In this document: one piece after another, positions 13,602 through 25,933 of the stretch
Layout: every line of letters starts with the position of its first letter
Position numbering within the stretch: the first letter of the stretch is position 1
Assembly (NCBI RefSeq): GCF_000143415.4
Contig: NW_003314271.1
Location: 2,919,729 to 2,983,728 of the forward strand
Source of the DNA: Selaginella moellendorffii
Lineage: Eukaryota > Plantae > Lycopodiophyta
Reading direction: 5' to 3'
Length of the DNA stretch: 64,000 bases
Notes under the pieces: model-generated
Database searches by the model: none
Seen by the model: only the letters and a program-made list of their open reading frames with translations
Told to the model about the DNA's origin: nothing
Program-made: the position numbers and the translations under genes

Positions 13602-14530
13602 GACTGCAATAGAGGTGGACTTTGAGGCAGAGTGAACTCGAGCAGTCGAGGAGGCTTCTTGGGACATACAGCTGCTTTGTGATTAGGATCAGCATAATAG
13701 AGGCAAAGATTATGAGATATTCGACGTTGCTTCTCAGCAGGACTTAACTTCCCTCTAATGAGTCGGGGAGTACCAGAAATATCCATCGGAACCGGAGCAG
13801 TAGGTTCAGGAGTATGCCCCGAAGACTCAAGCTGGGATTCCTGAGTTTGGGACGGAAAAACAGCGGCGCGGCGACTTTCCTGACGACGTTCAAAGAGACG
13901 ATTGTCACATCGAACAGCTTTGTTGATGGCATCCGACAGGTCCTTGGGATCCTCCATGGTGAGCAGCAAATCCTTGAAACCGTTGTTGAGGCCGAAACGA
14001 AATTGGTCAATCAGGGCCCGCTCATCCCACTGAGTGTCCAAAGCAAGGAGTTGGAACTCTGCAGCGTAGATCGAGGCAGGACAAGACCCCTGAGAGAGAC
14101 GTCTCATCTTTGTGGTAGCAGCCCGAACCCGATCCGTCTCGCCAAAACATGCTTCGAGCTTCTCTTTGAACAATTGAAGATCCATCAGCTCTGGAACCAC
14201 GACCCCTTTCATGCTCTTCTCCAGAAGAGGAGAAAACCATGACAAACCTGCACCTTCGAGCAACGTCCCAATCGCGCCGATTTGAGACTCGGGAGTGTGA
14301 AGTGCGAAGATCAACTCCATCTGGTTCAGGAATCCGCGAAGCTCCGAACGCTTGCCTGAAAATTTCGCCGGGAAGCTCACCTTCGGTTCAGGAACTTTGC
14401 TGGATCCTTGAGCCGAAAGTGAAGCAAGCTCCTGCTGCATGCGAAGAAGGGTTGCCTTCAGCTCGGTATTCTCAGACTGGATTTTTGCAAGGACTTCAGC
14501 AAAGAAATCAGGATGGCTTGGAGACTCCAT
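13574..14530 (-). CDS. gag: Tcn1-like Gag
   Basis: MESPSHP.. start, PAKFSGKRSELRGF, PVPMDI, zinc knuckle CLYYADPNHKAAVC. Confidence 0.85.
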   Translation of the reverse strand: MESPSHPDFFAEVLAKIQSENTELKATLLRMQQELASLSAQGSSKVPEPKVSFPAKFSGKRSELRGFLNQMELIFALHTPESQIGAIGTLLEGAGLSWFSPLLEKSMKGVVVPELMDLQLFKEKLEACFGETDRVRAATTKMRRLSQGSCPASIYAAEFQLLALDTQWDERALIDQFRFGLNNGFKDLLLTMEDPKDLSDAINKAVRCDNRLFERRQESRRAAVFPSQTQESQLESSGHTPEPTAPVPMDISGTPRLIRGKLSPAEKQRRISHNLCLYYADPNHKAAVCPKKPPRLLEFTLPQSPPLLQSGNDPVQTE

Positions 14531-17502
14531 TGGCAAGAAGAAAGGAAAAAGGGGGAAAAAAAGGCAAAGGTAATCAAACAATCAAAACGAGCTAAATCAA
14601 AAAACGAAAAAACACAATCTGAATCAAACTGTCAAGACCCTTGACAAGATCAAGATTGGAAAATGCAAAAAGACAAAGAGAAAAGCTAGTGGAAACAAAG
14701 AAAAGGCCTTAGACTGGCGTTGATTCAGATTGTGGAGAAATGGAACAAGGCTAACCTATATATACTATAGGTTGATGAAGCTCCACCACTCTTGGATCGA
14801 GGACGACCTAAATATAGCTGAGGTCGAGGAGGCACCACATCATCATCAGGAATGTGGCTCGAGACTCAGGAATCGGGAAGTGTCTCGAGAGTCAGGAATA
14901 GGAAAGTGTCTCGAGAGTCAGGAATAGGGAAGTGTCTCGAGAGTCAGGAATGTGGTCTGCAGGTCAGGAATCCGGCGAGAGTCAGGAATGTGGCAAGAAT
15001 TGGGGGATTCCTGACAATAGGTCTCTACGTATATGCATAGACTATTGGTTGCTTAACAAGTATATAAAAAAAACAAGTACCCTTTACTAAAGATTGAAGA
15101 CTTATTTGATAAGTTAGGAAAGGCAAAATACTTTTCGAGGATTGACCTAAGGTCAAGATACTACCAGATCAGTGTAATAGAGGAAAATGTTGAAAAGACA
15201 ACCAGTCAAATAAGGTATGGAAATTTTGAGTTTCTAGTGATGCCCTTTGGGTTGTGCAATGCATTAGTGACGTTCTCGACATTGATGAACCACATTTTTG
15301 TACCTTATCTGGATGATTTGTGGTCGTGTACATTAACGACATTTTGATCTATATCGAGATGCTAAAGGAGCATGTCAAACACTTAATAAAGGTGTCTGAG
15401 AAACTAAAGGAATATAAGCTATATACTAAAAAGAGCAAATATGACTTTGCTCAACAAAAAGTAAAGTTTCTCGAGCATGTGGTGGGCAAGGATGGGCTTA
15501 AGGTGGAGTTTGAGAAGGTTTAAGTGATCCAAAAATGGGAACGACCATTAAATGTATACGAGTTAAGAACATTCTTGGGGCTATGCAACTATTACCGAAA
15601 ATTTATGAAACACTATTCGAGAGTAGCCTTACCTTTAATTGAAAACAAGAAAAAGGAAAATGGCATGGATAGTAACATGTGAGGTGGTATTTGTCCACTT
15701 CAAAAGGAAGGTGAGAAAAGCTCCCGTATTGGCGTTACCAAATGTTAGTAAAAACTTTGAGGTAAAAATGGACGCTTTAAACTTTGCGTTGGGCACAATT
15801 TTGAAACAAAACAACCATCCTGTAGCATTCTTCTCAAAGAACTTGAACAATGCTCAGCGAAAGTGACTTGAATATGAGAAGGAATTGTTTGCAATGGTAA
15901 GGGTGCTTAAGGAGTGGCAACAATACTTTGGGAGACACTTCAAAATTTATATGGATAATATGGCAATAAATTGTTTTTTGTCATAGCCCAATTTGAGAGG
16001 AAAACAGGGTTAATGGGCCAATGCTTTGGTCGAGTTCGACTGCAAGATTCTATATAAACTTAGGAAGCATAACATCATAGTAGATGCTCTAAGTCAAAAA
16101 GCAAGTTTGAAGTTAGCAATAACAACCTTTTGGGATTATGTATGGATAATATATAAGAATGATGGTTTAGCAAAACAAGTGTTGTTAAGGAACCAAGAAG
16201 CGTATGATGCTCACTAAAGAGGTGAGCCGCCCACGAAAAAGAAGACAAGTTATGCAAAATACAATAGACTTATCTATTATAAACATACGAAGATGTATGT
16301 TCCACAAGGGGAACTAAGGAAAGTAACCTTAGAAGAGTGTTATGATGGATTTTTAGTGGGATATGGTAGAGTGCCTAAAACAATGGGCTTACTCAAGAGA
16401 AAATATCACTAACCAAACATGGCTAAGGACATTCAAGAATATGTAAAGATATGTCTAACATATTAGCAAGTCAAAGCTGTGACTTAGGCTAGTGGGAGCT
16501 TGATAAAAAGCCTTCCAACTCCAGATCATTCGTGGAAATGTCTTACAATGGACTTCATGACAGGATTCCCCTCAAGTGAAGGGTTTGATGGGATATTTGT
16601 GGTAGTGGATTGGTTTTCAAAGATGACACAGTTCATATCTACCATAACAAAAGTGGATATAAAAGGTGTAGCGAAGCTATTCTTTGAACAAGTGGTTTGA
16701 GTGTAGTGAAGGCTAGAAGAGATTATCTCAGATCGAGATAAGATTTTCACTAGTAGGTTTTGGAGAACTCTCATGCAACAATATTGCATCAAGTTGAAAT
16801 TTAATACAGCCTATCATAAATATGTATTTGGTATTAAGTCAAGTTTGATGGCAATAACACTTCTTAATAGATGGACAAATAGAAAGGGTGAATAAGCAGC
16901 TGAAGGATTATTTGTGATGTTATGTGCTATAACAACTCACCACATTCGAGTATTAGGGTGAGTTTATAGGAAGTCATTAAGTTATTGAAGTTATTGAAGG
17001 TCTTGTGAAACTTAGAGAGTTCCTTCAAGACTAGTTCCTGAACTTTACTATCCCTACTATACTTTTGAAACCCTTTACAACCCCCCTAGAGACATGAAAC
17101 TAGGGCTTAGGGGCCTTAGGTAGGACTCGAGTGGTGCTAGAGGGGCCACCCAAGGAAGTGCTAAGTGAGGACCAATGAACTACAAGGTACTCAAGTGGGA
17201 CACCACTCCACATGAGATAAAAGCATTGCAGATGGTTTCCCTTTTAGAAGTGGGAGTTGCTTTTGTTCCTAGGGGCTTGGGCCTTCCCTTCAGGAAGTCG
17301 GGGAATAGGGGTACCCATACTGGGCCATTAAGCCATGGGTTTCCCCCTAATGTCCCAAAGCAAGTGTTGCACCCAAGGCTTGAGATTTAGAGGGTCCTAT
17401 AATCAAGTCTTGTTGTACCAAGGGATGTTAAAAACTTAGACTTGGTGTGCTTAGTTGCTTGTGCTTGTGGGGAGTGTAATCAAACATTAAGTCAAGTCTA
17501 AT

Positions 17503-17664
17503 TGTAGCACATATGATCATGGGATGAGATTTGGATATACTGTCACCATGGGTCCTTGGAACCTTGGGGAATAAATTGGGATAAAATAGCCACTAAGGGC
17601 TCTCTCATCAAGCAATTGCCCTTTTTCTAGTTGGCTTAAGGGGAGAGAAATAAAGTGCACTACA
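17503..17664 (+). mobile_element. Solo LTR of TRIM family T
   Basis: Reverse complement of the 19053-19214 LTR; TSD CTAAT (17498-17502/17665-17669). Confidence 0.9.
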
Positions 17665-18199
17665 CTAATCCAGAAAGGGGGATTATGAGAGAATTTGAAA
17701 ATGGATGGATGGTTAACGCTCTGTTGCTTGTGCAATGAATTGCTAAAATCAAGTAAAACCAAGTAGGAGTTAGTACAATATGTGGGAACCTTAGTGAGGG
17801 AATTTAATTGAAGCCAAGGCCATGGTGGTTGGATATATGAGGTAAGTTAACAAATTGGAAAGAAAAAATTTATAGCTTACACATCTCCCATAGGAAGTAG
17901 AGTTGAAGGACGTGTAGCAAAATGTGGAAGAGGTAATATCTCATAACATTGTGCCAAGTGAAGAGCATCATCAAAGTGTGAGACACAAATCCCTAAGCCC
18001 CAAAGTGAAGCCGAAAGGGTGCCATGTGGTAGTGGCCGAAACAAAAGCCAAACGAGCATAACATGTTTGAACTAAAAGCTCCAACTTGAAAGGTCAAGAG
18101 CAGGAGTGAAACTCCCAACAAAGTGCTCAAGGAACGAGCATGAAGCGAGCAATAAGAGAGTTTCTTAAAAAGGGACATAAGAGGACCAACACATGACAC

Positions 18200-18525
18200 A
18201 TGGTGGAGTCTGAGATAGACCCAAGATGGAGTTTGAGATGGACCGAGATGGAGTCTAAGATGGACTCGAGATGGAGTCTGAGATGGAGTCTGAGATGGAG
18301 ACCGAGATGGAGTTCGAGATGGGCTAGAGATGGAGTCCGAGATGGACCTGAGATGAAATCCAAGATGAAGTCTGAGATGGAGTCCGAGAAGGACCTGAGA
18401 TGGAGTCCGACGTTGAGACCGAGATTGAGACCAAGACCAAAATCGGGAACGAGACTGAGACCGAGGCCAAGGCCGAGACCGAGCTCGACATCGAGTCTGA
18501 ATCCGAGTCTGAGTCCGAGTCCGAG
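18200..18525 (+). repeat. 12-bp (GAGATGGAGTCC) and 6-bp (GAGACC/GAGTCC) tandem arrays in family D LTR
   Basis: Also at ~33760-34062, 36415-36996 and 42305-42603; related TCGGAC arrays in family C LTRs (~24320-24550, 30690-30915). Confidence 0.9.
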
Positions 18526-19052
18526 GGTGAAAGCCCAAAGGGTTCATCTCCCAGACCTGGGGGATTTGGTGAGCTCCAAAAGTATAGTAAGGAGAGGACT
18601 CCAGTGGAGCCAATTTGGCCAGGAAAGGCTAGTTTGGCCCAGGAAGGCTATATGCAGTGTTAGGTGATGGGATAACCACTGGGAAGTCTAAGGCTAGAGT
18701 GAATATGGACCAATAAGCGGGGTAGTTTGGTGAAGTGTTCAAGAGCCGGCTCTAGTTCCCTCGAGAGATCAAATGGCTAATGCTCCCAGTCCAAGTGTGG
18801 GTGGCACTACCTACTTGGATACCTGGTGTGGCTCAACGGAACCTCGCTCTAAGCCCATGGCTAAAGCACCCAAAGGTGGAAGGTGGGGAGAGTACCCATG
18901 AGGCTTATGTAGGGCCATAGCATTCCGAAATGTGGTCCTAATGTCCTAGACTATGGAAAGGAAGAAGAATGGTCCTCCGGTGTAGTGACCAATGATACAG
19001 TCATGTGATGAGGAAGTCCCAGAGGACAGTGGGACTTAGTAGTCGAGCCTGT

Positions 19053-20045
19053 TGTAGCGCACCTTATCTCTCTCCCCTTAAGCCAACTGGAAAAGGGGTA
19101 ATTGTTTGATGAGAGAGCCTTTAGTGGCTATTTTATCCCCATTTATCCCCTAAAGTTCCAAGGATCCACGGTGACAGTATATCCAAATCTCATCCCATGA
19201 TCACATGCGCTACACTCACCCCCCCTTTATAGATGTCAATGTCCTCATTGACTATTGATTAACAACCCCTACTGAGCCAAGGGGAACCAACACCTCCATT
19301 TCCGCACTAAATCTACTAGTCCTTCTATTGTGTAGACTAGTTATTCCATGTGAAGCAACTAGTCATCCACCCGTACCGCAGTCCCACGTTCCAAGGATCC
19401 ACGATGACAGTATATCCAAATCTCATCCCATGATCACATACGCTACACTCACCCCCCCTTTAAAGATGTCAATATCCTCATTGACTATTGATTAACAACC
19501 TCCAAATCTCATCCCATGATCACATACGCTACACTCACCCCCCCTTTAAAGATGTCAATATCCTCATTGACTATTGATTAACAACCCCTACTGAGACAAG
19601 GGGAACCAACACCTCCATTTCCGCACTAAATCTACCAGTCCTTCCATTGTGTAGACTAATTATTCCATGTGAGGCAACTAGTCATCCACCCGTACCGCAG
19701 TCCCACGATGGATACCTTCGTCTGTGGATACTCCACACAAGAGGAAGGACGTATGCATGGATGCCCAATACGTATGATTTCAAATTTTAGGGCTAGGAAT
19801 ATACCTTGCTCAAGGGTATATTATATTTTTAAGTAGCCACTAATCAATGGGAATCGAACCCGTGCCATTTGCTCCGATACCAACTGTAGCGCACCTTATC
19901 TCTCTTCCTTTAAGCCAACTGGAAAAGGGGCAATTGCTTAATGAGAGAGCCCTTAGTGGTTATTTATCCCCATTTATCCCCCAATGTTCGAAGGATCCAT
20001 GGTGACAATATATCCAAATCTCATCCCATGATCACATACGCTACA
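19053..20045 (-). mobile_element. TRIM family T (non-coding) with internal partial duplications
   Basis: ~161-bp LTRs 19053-19214 and 19885-20045, PBS-Met (rc GCTCCGATACCA 19871-19882), PPT rc CTCACCCCCCTTT after 19214, TSD CCTGT (19048-19052/20046-20050). Confidence 0.92.
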
Positions 20046-22110
20046 CCTGTGGACTTTATCCTAGTGGCAGTGTTGGTGAACACAACCATGGACAGAAAAG
20101 GGACTTGGTGGGGACTGTAAAAGAGATATTGGGAAAGGCTGTTCCCTATGTCTACGGGCATCTTAAGGATGCTAAGGAGTGGACCTAGGATGGCCACTCA
20201 TGGATGGATGGCCTAGTCTTTGAAAGATGAGACTGCGATGTTGGTGGTGTTGGACCATTGGCGTGACCAAGGTGAATGGGCATGGCCTTAGCGTAACAGG
20301 TTGGTATGTTGGTGGTACCTTGGGGTGTCAGTTATGGGATCAAACACATAGAGCACTTGGACCAAGTGCAATGGTTGAATGGCATGGATGCCATTCTTGG
20401 GGCTAGCAAGTCCCTAATTTTAGAATAGGATTTACGGAGGTTGTGAGTGAGACTCCTCCAAGTGGTCAAAATTGTGGTTAAGTGATTAAAGTAGAATGGA
20501 AAATTTAGTCGCTTACAATTTGGTATCAGAGTTGTTCCTTAGTCTGACTTTTATTGGTGCTCAAGTATATCACCACTACTATTGGTATCAGAAGGTCTTA
20601 GGAGTGGGCCTAGTTGGGAAGACATGGCTCTCCACTACAGTTCATGTGTGAACTTGTAGATGAGGTGGTGGATAGAAAAGGGCCAATAATGAAATGACTT
20701 TGGATCTTGGAAACAATATAAGGTTTTCCTTAGAGAGTGATCCAGATAAGTGTTTGATTTAGCAAACTGGCTAATGTAGTTGTGATAAACAACTGTAGTT
20801 GGGATCACGAGAAAGATATGGACTCCAAAACAATAAAGAAGTCACAAGATTATCCTCATATAGTTGAGGCTAGTGCTCATGAATTTGAGACCGAAATTAA
20901 TAACTGTGAAAGGTCAAATATGAATAAAGACACGAGTCCTTGAAATGGTAGCTGGGGTTACCTTATGTAAATGCTAGAACAAAAACCCAAGGAGTTGGGG
21001 GTGTACTTAGAGGATGAGTTGGTATTCTCATTATAGAGATGGATAGTCTGAAGGGGCAAAGGTAGCCCACAGAGAATGGAAAATAATTAAGTGTTAGAGT
21101 AACACTTGCAAAGATGGTCTTTATGAGTAAAACATGAATACATAAAATTGTATTCTAGCAAGCTGACACCTCAAAAATAAGACTTTACAGATCATTAAAT
21201 TAGCAAAGTCCAAAAAAGCTAAATGATTCAAGTAGAGTCAATAAAGGATTAGTAAAAGCATTTGGACTAAGGTGTGTTGTGCCCCATGAAGAATAGGGAG
21301 GATCATAAGATCCAAGTATGAGAACAGTGAGTATTTCATTGGTGGCAGAATGTGCCATACTAAAGTCATGGAAAAGGTGTTTCCAGAAAAAAACAACTTT
21401 GATACAAAGTTGTGTGTAAATTCTATGGTGCAGTGTTAATGGGTAGTTGGCATGAGAAAGAATTGTATCGGATTTGGCAAGGACTTAGACACAAGTAAGA
21501 AGTGTCATAAAGATAGTCTCGTAGAGCCGATGGTGTGGAGACATTGAATGTGCCAAAGCGTGATACCTTGAGGTTAAGTCAGTAGGTTCATGAGAACCCC
21601 TTCCCAAAGGAATCCTAATGAAAATGGGAATGGCATAGCCTAAGCTGGAAAACATGCAGTTGAAGTGTGGTGACCCAAGTAATGATGGAGGTGTGGAAGC
21701 ATTAACAATGAGTTGTAGGACTTGACAACTATGAGGCAAATAAGCAAAAGGTGCAAAATAATTAGTTAAATTGGTAGAAAGTAACTACCCAAGACTTCTG
21801 GGACAAGGAAGTTAGATATATCTTTATGGGGAATAAATTGCTTATATTGCGATATAGTAAATCAATGTCGTAGAGGGAATGCGCATTATCAAAGAAGGCC
21901 ATCATTGGGACACTCAAACACTTTAAAACACCAAGAAGTGGTGTTTGGTGTCATGGAGGCATTAAATAAGGCATAAGGGACTAAGTCCCTAGCAAATGAT
22001 AGATAGGAGGTGCTATCCAAATGTCTAAGGTTGTGGAGATGGGAGAAGTTCGTGTACCCAAATTGGACAAAGCCAAAAAACGATTTTAGCAAGGTTAGTG
22101 ATGGGCATAT

Positions 22111-23214
22111 TATCACGAATGTGACCAAGTATTGAAAGTTACTTGTCAGTTAGTCCTTATGGACACTCTTTCCTTACTGCCATGATAGCAGGAGGTCGGT
22201 ATTGCTAATTCCCTTTATCAGCCCCTTTTGTTCAAGTGTTAGTAAATTGGGTTTAGCACCTATATTTAGTCAAATGGACATGAGGTAGAAACTCATATGT
22301 GTTTCTAGTTGAGCATACTCGGCCTAGCTCTTAGTTCTCTTTTGCTCTGTCTTGCACTGGCTTGATAAGAACCCTCATATATTGAAACTAGTCCCTCAAT
22401 ATCGCTGGATGATAGCTTACCATGTCAACCAAACACCTTTGCTATCATGCCCTTTGTGTTGGTCTCATTTCGGTCCCAAATGCTATTTATGGAAAATGTC
22501 TAGATTTACTCATTTGGCATATCCACGAAATGTAGAGATTGGCCTAAACACAATGGTGTTCGTCCTGTGTCCAAATTTGCATTCTAGCGTCATTCCATAT
22601 TTAGTAAGTTTCGAGTTTGTCCCAGAGACTAACTCCTGATACTAAGGGAAGCTTGGGGTGAAAGCCCAAAGCGTGTGTTCCTCGGGGGGGGGGGCTATGG
22701 GGGGTTCTAAATGTATAGTAGGGATAGTGGGTAGGTCGGGCATAGTCTAGCTCCCGCTTACGTGTCTATTTTTGTTTTGCATCCGACTTGGGTCTAAGCC
22801 CAACTTCCATTCCATGCTAGCTGGTGGAGTACCCATATTCTCACGTTAGGCCACCGGTATGCTGAAATAGCGCCAGACTCCGTTTGGCTCCATTTTGCAT
22901 GCTGGTCCTAGCATTGGGATGCTGAATACTCTAGGACTGTTCCAAATCACTCCGTGCCCCTGTCCCTTTACTCCTTGTGCTATATGCTCAGGAGTTGCTC
23001 TGTGGTTCAGTTATGTCACTCCTTGGCTCCATGCTTGGGAGTTTGGCACCATTCCTTCGTTCAGTGGCCCAAGGCCTTGAACCTTGGGTTCCACACCACT
23101 GTCCTATAGACTCGTGGTATATGACACAGGCACATAAAGGGTTAGGTTCTACTTCATGGTGTTATCCTATGGTAAATCACTATAGGATAAAAGGTAAAAA
23201 CCACGTGCGCTATA
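22111..23214. mobile_element. Probable eroded solo LTR (family E) inside family D internal region
   Basis: ~1.1 kb absent from the second D copy; ends TATCACG..CGCTATA (possibly TG..CA mutated); possible TSD CATAT/TATAT; carries the GGGTGAAAGCCCAAAGCG block shared with C/D LTRs. Confidence 0.55.
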
Positions 23215-23269
23215 TATATAAAGTCCCATAAGTAGCAACTTTAATCCCGGTGTGTGGGATTACAAGGTG

Positions 23270-23502
23270 AGCATACCCAGATTGAGGAACCACTTCCTAA
23301 GATATTGGGTAGATTCATCCCTAAGAATATTTGCTGAGCATACCCAGATTGAGGAACCACTTCCTAGGATATTGGGTAGATTCATCCTTAAGAATATTTG
23401 CTAAGGCATAGTAGAAAGTGCAAAGCTATCCTCCTAGGATATTGGGTAGATTCATCCCTAAGAATATTTGCTGAGCATACCCAGATTGAGGAACCACTTC
23501 CT
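23270..23502 (+). repeat. Local ~66-bp tandem duplications in family D internal region
   Basis: GAGCATACCCAGATTGAGGAACCACTTCCT occurs three times with shared downstream sequence; single copy in the other D element (~39570-39635). Confidence 0.85.
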
Positions 23503-25417
23503 TGTAAGCCACAAATTTTTCCTTTCCAATTTGCCAGCTTACCTCGTCTATCCGACCAACTCTGCCTTGGCTTGTGCTAAGTTCCCTTGCCAAGGTTCCC
23601 GCCTATGGTACCAGCTCCTACTTGGTCCTACTTGGTCCTACTTGGTTTCAGCTACTCACTGCACGAGCAACGGAGTGTTAGCCATCCATCTACGGATTCC
23701 CAAATCTCTCCCAATCCCCCTCTCCAGGTTAGATTGGACTTAAGGTTCGGCTACACTCCCCGCAGGCACAAGCAGCCAAGCACACCAAGCCTCCAGATTC
23801 CTAACGCCCCTTGGTACCACAAGACTTGATCATGGGACCCTCTAAATCCCAAGTCTTGGGTGCAGCACTTGCTTCGGGATGTCGAGGCGAAACACCGTGG
23901 CCTAACGGCCCGGTATGGGTACCTCTACCCCCCCACTTCCATCCCAAAGGGAAGGCCCAAGCCCCTAGGAAGGGCGAGGACCAATGAGCCACAAGGTACT
24001 CAAGTGGGGCACCACTCCACATGAGCCAGGAGCACCGCGCAGTCGGTTTCCCTTTCGGGAGTGGGAGCTGCTCTTGAGCACTTCCCTGGGTGGCCCCTCC
24101 GACACCACTCAAGCCCATGCTCACTCCCACCCAAGGCCCCTTGGCCCCAGTCTCAACCTCAAGTCAGTTTGGAAGCACCACTGGAGAGTTCCTTCAAGAC
24201 TGGTTCTTGGACCTCACTATCCCTACTATACTTTTGGAACCCCCTGCAGCCCCCCCCGGGAGACACACGCTTTGGGCTTTCACCCCTTGACCCGTATTAG
24301 TATTTGGACTTAGTCTCTGGCTCGATCTCGGACCCGATTTCGGATCCGACTTCGGATTCGGTCTCGGACCCGATCTCGGACCCGACCTCGGACTCGGTCT
24401 CGGACCCGATTTCGGATCTGATTTCGGATCTCGGACTCCGTCTCGAACTCGGACTTGAACTCGGTCCCCGAGTCGGTCTTGGACTCGATTCCGGACTCTA
24501 TCTCGAACTCGGTCCTAGAGTCGGTCTTGGACTCAATCTTCGACTTGGTCCCATCCGATGAACTCTTTGTCATTTTGGTCATGCTTTTGGGGTTCCTTTA
24601 GCCTATGACACCTCGGCGAGTTGGTTCCTTACAACTCCACCACCTATAGAAGAAGTTCGATGCCCACATTGAACGTCTCGTTTTATCCTACGACTTGTTG
24701 ACCATGTCTCTGGGGGCATCCCCCCACTTAGCGGTGTGCCTAAGTTAGCCTCCCCGGCCAGGAGCCCATGACAACGGAATATAGGTGTCCCTATACCCCT
24801 CACCTCACCACGCCCTAGTATGGGGTCGGGACTTGAACCCAGCCTTGCTTTACTAAGGGGTTGGGACTCAAACCCAACCTCCATAGAATACGTCTACAGA
24901 TTCGACATCCCCGCGGGGAGTCGGGCGTAGTGCTCTACGCCTGGTCGACTTATCCAACCTATGCTAATTAGCTTACCTTCGGCACGCCTTCGAGTCCCAA
25001 CATATGACACTTGCTCAACTTTGCAAATTGATATTTTAATTGAACTTTGCATAAGTACATAGAGTTCTGCCTTGCAGAAATTCCTCCACTAGATCTCGCA
25101 CGTTCGCTAGGTTCTCCTCCGGTTCCCATGTTGCTTTGCAGTGTGGAAATCCTTTCCACTTCACATGGAACTCTCTCACCTCGCGTCTTTGTCGCTTGCT
25201 CTTGCGCGCATTGAGGATGGCCTCGACTTCATATTCCTCTTCCCCTTGGATAACCTCAAGTAAAGGTCTCACTTGGTCCTTGCGAAGTGGATCCTCAAAG
25301 TACGGCTTGAGTAAGTTCACGTGGAACACTGGGTGCATCTTCCCCATCTCTCGAGGAAGTCGGAGTCAGTAAGCCACTTTACTGATTCGTGCCTCAATCT
25401 CGTAAGGCCCCGCAAAC

Positions 25418-25469
25418 CTGCTTAAGGAACTCAAGATCAATTCATTTACAGGAATACATGCATCTTTAC
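25418..25469 (-). other. Putative 52-nt spliceosomal intron 2 in family C integrase
   Basis: CAAAG|GTAAAG..TTAAGCAG|GTTT; removal restores KLTQRFAGPYE and the frame into the chromodomain. Confidence 0.8.
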
Positions 25470-25887
25470 CTTTGGGTCAACTTTCGGCTGATCCCACTTG
25501 GTAGTCTGAGGTTCTTGGTGTTCAGCCACACCTTCTCCCCAGCTTGGAACTCTACATCCCGACGCTTGTGGTTCGCGTATTTGGTTTGCCTTTGTTGAGC
25601 CCGTTCCAAGGAATCCCTCACTAGATTCCAAATGTTGAGTCTTTCCGCCGTGAATGCCTCCACTGCGGGCAACTTTCCATGATACTCGGCCACGCCGAGT
25701 TCCATAGGACTTTCAATAGCTCGCCCATTGATGACTTCCTATGGACTCACCCCGATACTCGAATGTGGTGAGTTGTTATAACACATTTCCGCAAGTCCCA
25801 AATGACTTACCCAATCGGTTTGGTCTCCCGAGACATAGCATTGCAAATAATCCTCCAGTTGCCTATTCACCCTTTCCGTTTGTCCGT

Positions 25888-25933
25888 CTGTCAAGAAGTG
25901 TTAGTGCCAACAACTTGACTTAATACCCCATAC
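25888..25933 (-). other. Putative 46-nt spliceosomal intron 1 in family C integrase
   Basis: ACAG|GTATGG..CACTAAC..TTGACAG|AC; removal restores YHPQTDGQTERVN; homolog at 16824-16870. Confidence 0.8.

Larger units (their letters stand above)
9445..15016 (-). mobile_element. Tcn1-like chromovirus (Ty3/gypsy), near intact, inserted in RT of old family C
   Basis: 387-bp LTRs 9445-9831 and 14630-15016 (about 5 transitions apart); TSD ATAGG (9440-9444/15017-15021); PPT at 9832-9844; no tRNA PBS (self-priming type); chromodomain. Confidence 0.95.
6666..17881 (+). mobile_element. Old degenerate chromovirus family C copy
   Basis: Truncated 5' LTR 6666-7399, PBS TGGTATCGAAGC 7403-7414, decayed gag-pol collinear with the 25036-29806 copy, partial 3' LTR ~17090-17881 ending GCTTACA. 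Confidence 0.85.

Noticed and set aside
17016-17093. Inverted family C LTR fragment as a separate element
   Set aside because: More simply a local inversion/deletion scar at the old copy's 3' LTR
19053-19214. Hammerhead ribozyme (retrozyme) in the TRIM LTR
   Set aside because: TTGATGAG resembles CTGATGA but no stem II-GAAA core could be built
23270-23502. Regularly spaced 30-bp repeats resembling a CRISPR array
   Set aside because: Intervening sequences are duplicated too; eukaryotic TE context, no cas genes
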